NCBI GenBank assembly: GCA_021793015.1 | Contig: JAJYTO010000001.1 | Coordinates: 7,738-71,737, forward strand | Direction of reading: 5' to 3' | DNA: 64,000 bases | DNA from: Bacillota bacterium | GTDB lineage: Bacteria; Bacillota; Bacilli; Alicyclobacillales; SLC66 | Shown: piece by piece, positions 9,251 to 16,194 of the stretch | How the letters are laid out: each line of letters opens with the position of its first letter | Position numbering within the stretch: position 1 is the stretch's first letter | Made by a program: the position numbers and the translations under genes | Notes under the pieces: model-generated | What the model was told of the DNA's origin: nothing | Databases searched by the model: none | Seen by the model: only the letters and a program-made list of their open reading frames with translations

Positions 9251-9832
9251 CTACCAATGTCCCGCGCCGATCACACGCCGATTCTGGACAAAATAGTCGA
9301 CGCCGCTGACGATCGTCATCAAAACGGCCGCATACAGGGCCAACATGGCGAATGGAAACCCAATGTATACAAATGGCCAGTTGCCGATCATGATCGCAAC
9401 CAAGGCAACCATTTGCAAAGCGGTCTTCCATTTGGCCAGTCCGCTCGCCGCAATCACATGACCCTGCGTCGATGCAACCGTGCGCAGACCCGTAACCGCA
9501 AACTCGCGGGCGATCACGACGACCGCGATCCATGCCGGAATGCGCTGCATCGCGACGAGCGAAATCAGAGCCGTAGACACAAGCAGCTTATCCGCGAGAG
9601 GATCCATGAATTTCCCGAAGTCAGTAATCAACTGATGTTTGCGCGCAATATATCCATCCAGGCTGTCTGTGCCGGCAGCGATCACAAAGACCAGAGCGGC
9701 CATGATCTCTCCGCCCGAGATCGTTTCACCCGCCGCGCGCACTTGAAAGAGGGGCAAGGGCGCGAGCAGAAACAGCATGACCACGGGCACCAGGATCATT
9801 CTGGCTATGGTGATCCGGTTAGCCAGATTCAC
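9251..9832 (-). CDS. pgsA: CDP-diacylglycerol--glycerol-3-phosphate 3-phosphatidyltransferase
   Basis: CDP-alcohol phosphatidyltransferase motif DSLDGYIARKHQLITDFGKFMDPLADK. Multi-TM protein with a GTG start abutting the rimO stop. Confidence 0.92.
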   Translation of the reverse strand: MNLANRITIARMILVPVVMLFLLAPLPLFQVRAAGETISGGEIMAALVFVIAAGTDSLDGYIARKHQLITDFGKFMDPLADKLLVSTALISLVAMQRIPAWIAVVVIAREFAVTGLRTVASTQGHVIAASGLAKWKTALQMVALVAIMIGNWPFVYIGFPFAMLALYAAVLMTIVSGVDYFVQNRRVIGAGHW

Positions 9833-11155
9833 CTACACGACCTCCCCCACAAGGTCAAATTCAAAGGCATGTGAAATGAGAACAGGCACGATCGATCCGA
9901 CCGTCAAACCGCTCCCCGCTACATATACGACACCGTCGATTTCCCGCGCGTCATAGGGTGTGCGACCGATATACCCCGACTCCGCCGCCTCGTCCATACT
10001 CTCAATGAGCACAGGCACGGTCCGTCCCACAAAACGGGCCAGACGCCTGGCGGCCACTTCGCGAGCCGCTTCCATGAGTTCGCTCGCGCGCCGCTCCTTC
10101 GTCTGCTCCCCCACTTGCCCCGCAAACGCTGCGGACGGCGCCGTGTCCTCCTGCGAGTAGGTGAACACACCGACATGGTCGAATTCCAGTTCCCTGATAA
10201 ATGACTTCAGCTTCTGGAACTCCTCTTCCGTCTCACCCGGAAACCCGACGATAAAGGAAGTGCGAATGACGACTTCCGGAATCCGCGCCCGCATTTTCGT
10301 CAGCAGGTCGCGAATGTGCCTTTGTCGGCCAGGTCGTTGCATCGCCCGCAAGATGCGGTCTTCGGAGTGCTGCAACGGCAGATCGACATACTTCACCATC
10401 TTGTCCAGATCCCGGAAGGCGTCGATCAATTCGTCGCTGAAGTAACCGGGATACGTATAGTGCAGGCGGATCCATTGCAGATCCGGAACATCGTTCAGCG
10501 CCCGCAACAAATCCGGGAGACATCTGCGGCCGTACAGGTCCAGCCCGTACTGCGTCGAATCCTGCGCGATCAGGTTAACCTCCCTGACGCCGACGGCCGC
10601 GAGGTTGCGCGCTTCCTGAACCACGCTCTCGATGGAGCGGGAGCGGAATCCACCCCGCATCTGAGGGATGACGCAAAACGAGCACTTGTGATCGCAACCC
10701 TCCGCGATCTTGATGTAGGCAGAGGGTGCGTCAGGCGCCTTGCGCGGGGTCAATTCATCGTAAATGTAGGCCGGATTGCCTATCCACTTCGGGCGCTCGC
10801 CCCGTCCCGCCCTTTCGATGAGTTCGGTGATGCGCGGAAATTCACCCGTTCCCACGAGTCCGTCGATTTCCGGAATCTCCTCCAGCAACTGATCCGCATA
10901 ACGCTGCGCCATGCAGCCAGCCACAAGCAACGTTTTGCCACCCGCTTTTCTGCTCGCTGCACCCAGAATCGCATCCACCGATTCCTGTTTCGCCGCGTCA
11001 ATGAAAGCGCACGTGTTTACAATGACGACATCCGCGTCGTCGGGATCATCTGTTAAGGTATAGCCTTTTTGTTCGATCAATCCGACCATAACTTCAGAGT
11101 CAACCGCGTTTTTTTCGCATCCGAGCGTGATGATCGATACTCGTCGAGCCGTCAT
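9833..11155 (-). CDS. rimO: Ribosomal protein S12 methylthiotransferase RimO (radical SAM)
   Basis: N-terminal MTTase domain (ITLGCEKNAVDSE, VVIVNTCAFID), radical-SAM CDHKCSFCVIP, and a C-terminal TRAM domain with EIDGVVYV. Start set at ATG 11155 (MTARRVSII). Confidence 0.85.
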   Translation of the reverse strand: MTARRVSIITLGCEKNAVDSEVMVGLIEQKGYTLTDDPDDADVVIVNTCAFIDAAKQESVDAILGAASRKAGGKTLLVAGCMAQRYADQLLEEIPEIDGLVGTGEFPRITELIERAGRGERPKWIGNPAYIYDELTPRKAPDAPSAYIKIAEGCDHKCSFCVIPQMRGGFRSRSIESVVQEARNLAAVGVREVNLIAQDSTQYGLDLYGRRCLPDLLRALNDVPDLQWIRLHYTYPGYFSDELIDAFRDLDKMVKYVDLPLQHSEDRILRAMQRPGRQRHIRDLLTKMRARIPEVVIRTSFIVGFPGETEEEFQKLKSFIRELEFDHVGVFTYSQEDTAPSAAFAGQVGEQTKERRASELMEAAREVAARRLARFVGRTVPVLIESMDEAAESGYIGRTPYDAREIDGVVYVAGSGLTVGSIVPVLISHAFEFDLVGEVV

Positions 11156-11297
11156 TGCACCTGTCCCCCACATCACGTCAAGGCAAAAAAATTGCAGCGG
11201 AAGAGTCCCGCTACCAAACCATGCGCCCATTTCACTCTGTTAGAATTATATAGCTTCCCTCGCCGTCTGTCAAAGCAGGCGCCGCTCCGGACGACCC

Positions 11298-11795
11298 TCA
11301 GCGGTAATTCACAAATTGGAGATCGGCGGGAAAATCGCGTTCCCGCAATGTCTGAATGACCATCTGCAGATCGTCCCTGTTTTTTCCGGTTACGCGAACC
11401 TGATCCGCCTGTATCGAAGCCTGCACCTTGAGTTTCGCGTCTTTGACGGCTTTGACGATCTCCCGCGCCAATTCCTGATCCAATCCCTGTTTCACCTTCA
11501 CCGTCTGCCTGACCGTTCCCTGCGCGGCCGGTTCAATCGCCCCGTATTCAAAACTCTTTAAAGACACGCTGCGCTTGACCAGTTTTGTCTGCAAGATGTC
11601 CACGACGTTCGACAACTTGAACTCATCGTCGCTCACGATGACAAGTTCATCGTCCCGCAGAGAAATTTCACTCTTGCTGCCCTTGAAATCAAAACGCGTC
11701 TCCAATTCCTTCTGAGCCTGATGAACAGCGTTTGTCACCTCCTGCATATCGGTCTTTGACACAATGTCAAACGACGCTTCCTTGGCCATCGGCAA
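11298..11795 (-). CDS. YajQ-family nucleotide-binding protein (UPF0234)
   Basis: MAKEASFDIVSKTDMQEVTNAV...ETRFDFKGS is a typical YajQ N-terminus, and the ~163-aa size fits. Start is either 11795 or 11789. Confidence 0.8.
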   Translation of the reverse strand: MPMAKEASFDIVSKTDMQEVTNAVHQAQKELETRFDFKGSKSEISLRDDELVIVSDDEFKLSNVVDILQTKLVKRSVSLKSFEYGAIEPAAQGTVRQTVKVKQGLDQELAREIVKAVKDAKLKVQASIQADQVRVTGKNRDDLQMVIQTLRERDFPADLQFVNYR

Positions 11796-11807
11796 GCACC
11801 CCTCCCT

Positions 11808-12800
11808 TTATTTGCGCGCAAACGAGTACGTGTATCCACCCGGCGCGCTCGCAACAATCGGCACCGGCAGCCCATCGATCGTCATGGAGATGTAGCGGCT
11901 GGCGCCGGCGTCTATGGACAGAGAATTGACCGCCCGGAACGTTTGCACCTGCCCCTGCGTCACAAACGCGCTCGGAACGATTTCCCGACCATCCGCATAG
12001 ACCTGTATCCAACACCTTCCAGATGTTCCCGTCACTTTTAAAACCAGGGGCGCGTTGGCTGTAACCCGAAAATTGGATGTGTTTCCCGATGAACCCAGGC
12101 TGGTTAACGACGCCGTCGTTGCCTGCTTGGCGCGCGATGCATTCGTGTGCGGCTTTGCCTTTCCCGTCGTCTTCGCTGATCCTGGAGACGACCCGGACGA
12201 TTGGGGCGTCGTCACGGATCCCGCTCCCGGAGGGCTGCCAGGATGTTGCGCCAGATTCGAATAAACCACCACGGCAATCGTAAATACCACCAAAACGAGC
12301 GCCGTTGCGCCAATGGCGTTGTTAAAGACGGATCCACTCCCGCGCGCGCGCCGTTTGGCGGAGCGACGCGCTGTCTGCGAAGCTGTGCGCTGCTCGCCGT
12401 TCGCCGCCGGCTTGCGCTCCCGGCCCTGCCCCGCAACGTGTGACGCCCCCGACGGGACACCGTCCTCTGCGGATGCGGGCCCGAGGTATTGGGCAGCTAA
12501 CTTGCGGCCGTCCAGACCCAGGAAATCCGCATAACTGCGTACGAACCCGCGAGCGTACACGACCCCCGGCAACACTCGCATGTCCCCCTGCTCGATGGCC
12601 TGCAAATAATGACCTCTCACTTTGGTGGCCTCCACAGCCTGTTCCAGAGTAATGCCCCGAAACTCTCGCGTGCGGCGGAGATACTCTCCCAATTCACGCA
12701 GACGCGCCGCTTCTTGGCCGGCTCCCGATGATGAACCAGATCCATTCGCTTGCAATGCGATACCCCCCTGAAACTGCTGAACGCTGCGGCTGGGGGACAT
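11808..12800 (-). CDS. rodZ: Cytoskeleton protein RodZ (HTH-XRE, TM, DUF4115)
   Basis: HTH segment LGEYLRRTREFRGITLEQAVEATKVRGHYLQAIEQGD, a central TM helix and a C-terminal DUF4115-like beta domain. Residues upstream of 12800 are encoded by the MITE-like element, so the start was set at ATG 12800, which is itself in the element terminus. Start is uncertain. Confidence 0.75.
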   Translation of the reverse strand: MSPSRSVQQFQGGIALQANGSGSSSGAGQEAARLRELGEYLRRTREFRGITLEQAVEATKVRGHYLQAIEQGDMRVLPGVVYARGFVRSYADFLGLDGRKLAAQYLGPASAEDGVPSGASHVAGQGRERKPAANGEQRTASQTARRSAKRRARGSGSVFNNAIGATALVLVVFTIAVVVYSNLAQHPGSPPGAGSVTTPQSSGSSPGSAKTTGKAKPHTNASRAKQATTASLTSLGSSGNTSNFRVTANAPLVLKVTGTSGRCWIQVYADGREIVPSAFVTQGQVQTFRAVNSLSIDAGASRYISMTIDGLPVPIVASAPGGYTYSFARK

Positions 12801-12988
12801 GTGATAAACCAGAGTTTCGGCAGGCGCACTGCGGTCCATGTAGTGTTTGACTAAAGCCTCAAACACTAGGTTTGACTAAAGCCTCAAACACTAGGTTTGA
12901 CTAAAGCCTCAAACACTAGGTTTGACTAAAGCCTCAAACACTATGTTGGATCATAGCGCCTGCTGTGCGGACTTTATCACATGTCCTC
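12793..12988. mobile_element. MITE-like palindromic element, copy 2 (196 bp, with internal tandem expansion)
   Basis: Termini are GGGGACATGTGATAAA and TTTATCACATGTCCTC, with subterminal GCAGGCGC / GCGCCTGC. The central hairpin is TAGTGTTTGA-ctaaagcc-TCAAACACTA. Collinear with the copy at 40611. Confidence 0.65.
12851..12950. repeat. 4 x 25-bp perfect or near-perfect tandem repeat inside MITE-like copy 2
   Basis: The unit ctaaagcctcaaacactaggtttga repeats at 12851, 12876, 12901 and 12926. The copy at 40611 carries a single unit. Confidence 0.9.
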
Positions 12989-13767
12989 TAGCGTTCCATG
13001 ATGTCATGTTCCAGCCCTTCATAAGTGATTTCCTCATCCGGGGTGTTGCGAAGTTCAATGACGCGATCAAACAGTTCCCAGGAAAATTCCGACCGTCGCA
13101 CAAAGATGTCAGGATGCTCGATGATCTTGGGAGCGTTCAGCCGGAGGATGCGGCGGACAAGACGCAGATGCTCCTCGCTGCCCCTCATTGTCGACACGAT
13201 GCCGTCAATGATATACACATGATCGCCCAGATCAAATTCATCATCGTCCAGGTCCGTGCGAAGCGTTTGTTTTAACAGCGTGGAGGAAATGAAGGTCCAG
13301 CGTTTTCCTGCATACACACTGGCTGCGACAAGGGACTCTGTCTTGCCGACTCGCGGCATGCCGCGAATGCCCATGATCTGATTGCCGGGTCGCTTCAGAT
13401 GTTCGCCGATGAAGTCGACAAGAAGACCCAAATCGTCGCGAGTGAATTTATATGTTTTGCAATGCCCAATCTCCGTCTCCCGTTCAATGAGGCGCCCGTG
13501 ACGGAGCGCCAGACGATCCAACAGCGTCGGCGGCCGCAACGCGGTCACCGTGATATTGTCCACCTGACGCAACATATCCTGCAGAGTGTCAATCCGCGCG
13601 GTGTCTTCCACTTGCAGCAAGAAGCCGCGCCTGCGATCTTCGACGCCGCTCAGCTTGACGATGTTGATCGACAGCATTCCCAGCACTGAAGCGATATCAC
13701 CCAATAGCCCAAACCGATCCTTATAGATATAATACTCGAAATACCACTCACCCATGTGATCAGCCAT
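12988..13767 (-). CDS. Conserved uncharacterised protein, YmfK-like (ACT-like N-terminus plus P-loop GMPRVGKT)
   Basis: N-terminal ACT-like segment (KDRFGLLGDIASVLGMLSINIVKLSG) and a Walker-A-like IRGMPRVGKTES. Sits directly upstream of rodZ, as ymfK does in B. subtilis. Start set at ATG 13767. Confidence 0.6.
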   Translation of the reverse strand: MADHMGEWYFEYYIYKDRFGLLGDIASVLGMLSINIVKLSGVEDRRRGFLLQVEDTARIDTLQDMLRQVDNITVTALRPPTLLDRLALRHGRLIERETEIGHCKTYKFTRDDLGLLVDFIGEHLKRPGNQIMGIRGMPRVGKTESLVAASVYAGKRWTFISSTLLKQTLRTDLDDDEFDLGDHVYIIDGIVSTMRGSEEHLRLVRRILRLNAPKIIEHPDIFVRRSEFSWELFDRVIELRNTPDEEITYEGLEHDIMER

Positions 13768-13798
13768 TGGCGCCGTTCGCGCGCTGGTGCGCGGGAAC

Positions 13799-13880
13799 TC
13801 TAACACCCCTATCCCAGAAAATCGCCGCAGGCGCATTTTCTTCCCGATTTTTGGTGGCGCGTCAGCGCCATGAAAGTCTA
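13799..13880. repeat. Modular intergenic repeat cluster R2 (single A unit)
   Basis: ctatcccagaaaatcgccgcaggcgcattttcttcccgatttttggtggcgcgtcagcgccatgaaagtctatcc is near-identical to the A units at 20046 and 63369. Confidence 0.9.
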
Positions 13881-13899
13881 TCCTGTGAAATCGAGTTGG

Positions 13900-14958
13900 T
13901 TACCCAGAATGGTTGGTCGAGCGGCTCGCTGTCTGCGCGCCTGACCCCTTCTGCTGCGCGGCCGGAACAGGAAGACCCAGCGCAGCCGCGCTCGCGGGTG
14001 AAGGCGCCGCCGCCGTAAACTGGTCCGGCGTGATGTTGCCCTGAGCCAACGCCGCCTGATAAGCGGTCACCCCGGCGACTCCCTGCCAGCCGCCATAGCC
14101 CGGCGCCGTCAGATCCCGCGCCGAACCGCTGATCAACTGTCGGGGCAATGCGCCCCCTTGATCCAAAATCGAAAACACGCTCGCCAACCCTGAGGCCACA
14201 AACCGTCCATTCGCACTGCGTCCGAGTTCCAAGCCCGAGAGTGGAGCGCCCGTTCCCAAATCCAGCGGGATGAAGGGAACGCCGCTTTGCTGGACGTCAA
14301 GCAGCGTTTGGGTCGACACCCGTCCAACCACAATGTACGCCCGTACCCCGGAACCGACAATACCTGTTGCCGGCGTTTGCGGACCTGCGTTGATAACGGC
14401 GGCCGCGACACTGGAGTAGGCGCTGTGGATTCCGGAATAGACGGCTGCCACAACGGTGCCGGCATTGAAACTGGTCGGAAGTTGACCCAGCACCACTGCC
14501 ACCGGTCGCCCGTAACCCTGGATGCCGCCCGCCAAGTATCCCGCAACCGAAGCCAGAGGCAGGACATTGGGGAGCACCCATGTCACGTTGGGAGCAACTG
14601 GCGCAGGGCCGCCATAGCCAATCCATACGAACCGCTTGTGCGGCATCCGCGTCGCCAGTTCCCGCATCGCCAACGTCGGGGCCACAAACACGGCCACTTG
14701 TGCATGCGATTTTTGCAGATCGCTCATGATCGCAGTCAATGAATCGGCAGAAAACCCAACAATGCTGACGCCGTGATGAGTCGTCGATATCATCGCGTCA
14801 ACGGTGGCGGACGTCAGTACTGAGGCCGGGGCGAAAACCGCCACACCCGTCTTTACAATATCGGGGGTCAGCGTACGAACGCTTACAAACCCGCAACCGG
14901 TCAGACACATGCCGATCGCGCCGCAAAGCCACACGGACAAAACGCGAAACCTGTTCAT
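13900..14958 (-). CDS. Putative lipoprotein (function unknown; periplasmic-binding-protein-like is a guess)
   Basis: Signal peptide with a lipobox, MNRFRVLSVWLCGAIGMCLTGC. Coding-like composition. Start set at ATG 14958. Confidence 0.6.
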   Translation of the reverse strand: MNRFRVLSVWLCGAIGMCLTGCGFVSVRTLTPDIVKTGVAVFAPASVLTSATVDAMISTTHHGVSIVGFSADSLTAIMSDLQKSHAQVAVFVAPTLAMRELATRMPHKRFVWIGYGGPAPVAPNVTWVLPNVLPLASVAGYLAGGIQGYGRPVAVVLGQLPTSFNAGTVVAAVYSGIHSAYSSVAAAVINAGPQTPATGIVGSGVRAYIVVGRVSTQTLLDVQQSGVPFIPLDLGTGAPLSGLELGRSANGRFVASGLASVFSILDQGGALPRQLISGSARDLTAPGYGGWQGVAGVTAYQAALAQGNITPDQFTAAAPSPASAAALGLPVPAAQQKGSGAQTASRSTNHSG

Positions 14959-15091
14959 AAATTCGCCTGCACCACTCCATGCGTTGCTGATTTTCTTATT
15001 GTACCATGTACGCGAATGGGCGCAACTCAGTCTTCTTCCACTCTTGCGGGAAAGCGTTCGAACAATCATAATAGGTGCGAGGTGTATTGGC

Positions 15092-15433
15092 ATGAGTTCG
15101 AATAGTGATCATCGCTCGGTAGCACAGGCGCTCTACCAACTGGATTTTTATCTGCATACCATCCACGCCCCTTTTTCGATCAAGGACCTGTACCGCGGGG
15201 CTTACAAAGAACGCCGCGGAGACAGGTACGACGACGCCTGGCTGGATCATCTTGAGGATGATCCGCATATTCCGGCGTGCCTGGAGCAGCCGTTTACCGC
15301 GCATACGATCGTAGAAACTCTCTTACGGACTGGACACGAGGCTATTTTACGACAATTGATAAAGCGGATTCGCAAAGAAGGCATCGGCTTTACCCAAGCC
15401 TATATTTCCGGGGCCGGCCGTCGCAGACCGTAA
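15092..15433 (+). CDS. Hypothetical small protein (113 aa), the only credible plus-strand gene
   Basis: ATG at 15092 preceded by GAGGTG with a 7-nt spacing. Balanced, non-repetitive amino-acid composition. Divergent from the lipoprotein gene. No family recognised. Confidence 0.45.
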   Translation: MSSNSDHRSVAQALYQLDFYLHTIHAPFSIKDLYRGAYKERRGDRYDDAWLDHLEDDPHIPACLEQPFTAHTIVETLLRTGHEAILRQLIKRIRKEGIGFTQAYISGAGRRRP

Positions 15434-15469
15434 CATGCGCGGGTCGCTTCACAATCGTTCCCGATGCGT

Positions 15470-16123
15470 TCACAACCCTTGGTACTGCGCAAACGCCTGT
15501 GTCGCATAGGGGGACGCGAAACGATTGATGCGCTGCAAATCGCGCGTGAGGGCGAGCCCTTCATCCGGGGCAAAGGTTTCCAGGGAAATCGCTTTCGCCT
15601 CCTTTGCGCCCAGCCCGACGGCCATGACGTATCTGCCCTGCTCCTCTGTGTAAAGCGCCGCAAAATCCACCTTGACCCCCGGCAACCGATAGGCAGCCAA
15701 CAAAAAACGGCTTGAAGCGTCTGCGGCCACAGCGTAGATGTGCGGAAATCCCCGCATTGTGGCTGTCGCCACAATGGTCACCCCGCCCATGGCGAGTCTC
15801 TGGACATACACTTCTTCCAATCCGGGCACTGCCGTTTTGAGCGTCAGGGCTATTACCCGTTCTTCACTGTTGCTGATCGCCCGCGCGCTGAGGCGGTCAC
15901 CCGCCGGGAGAGACGTCCCCGCCGCCCCCGCAAAAGCGGTCGCCCCTCCCCGGACGGAAAGCGGCGGCGCGCTGCGCCCATGTCTTTGCGTGGCTGGCCA
16001 TCGCTGCTCCATCCACACGACTGCCAGCGCCAGCGCAATAATCCCGATCCAAAGCGCCAACAACCGTCCCGATCCCGGCCTTCTCGACGCACTGTGAAAC
16101 CGCGCCCGTCGTTTCATCGCCAA
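15470..16123 (-). CDS. Hypothetical membrane-anchored protein
   Basis: Basic N-terminus followed by a TM helix (LLALWIGIIALALAVVW) and a ~170-aa extracytoplasmic domain. Lies downstream of ftsK. No family recognised. Confidence 0.55.
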   Translation of the reverse strand: MAMKRRARFHSASRRPGSGRLLALWIGIIALALAVVWMEQRWPATQRHGRSAPPLSVRGGATAFAGAAGTSLPAGDRLSARAISNSEERVIALTLKTAVPGLEEVYVQRLAMGGVTIVATATMRGFPHIYAVAADASSRFLLAAYRLPGVKVDFAALYTEEQGRYVMAVGLGAKEAKAISLETFAPDEGLALTRDLQRINRFASPYATQAFAQYQGL

Positions 16124-16194
16124 ACACCCCTCGCGACTGATGTTGAGGTTGTCCTCATTTCATCTTACGCCGCAAAGGGCAGATCATGTCCGGG

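Noticed and set aside
9213-9533. Long N-terminal extensions in the ORF track for cinA. Similar extensions occur for ymdB, rny, recA, rimO, tepA, dapG, ribF, ylxQ, ylxR, nusA, rimP, uppS, pyrH, tsf and flhG.
   Set aside because: The family-typical N-termini with good SD sequences lie at internal start codons. The extensions overlap upstream genes or repeats and have shadow-frame composition.
13806-13830. The A-unit hairpin GAAAATCGCC-gca-GGCGcATTTTC, as an intrinsic terminator in every cluster.
   Set aside because: The T and A runs are part of the stem itself, the GC stem is only 4 bp, and no U tract follows on either strand. The clusters also sit inside operons whose downstream genes must be expressed. 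Better terminators are found separately, for example at 30158-30188.
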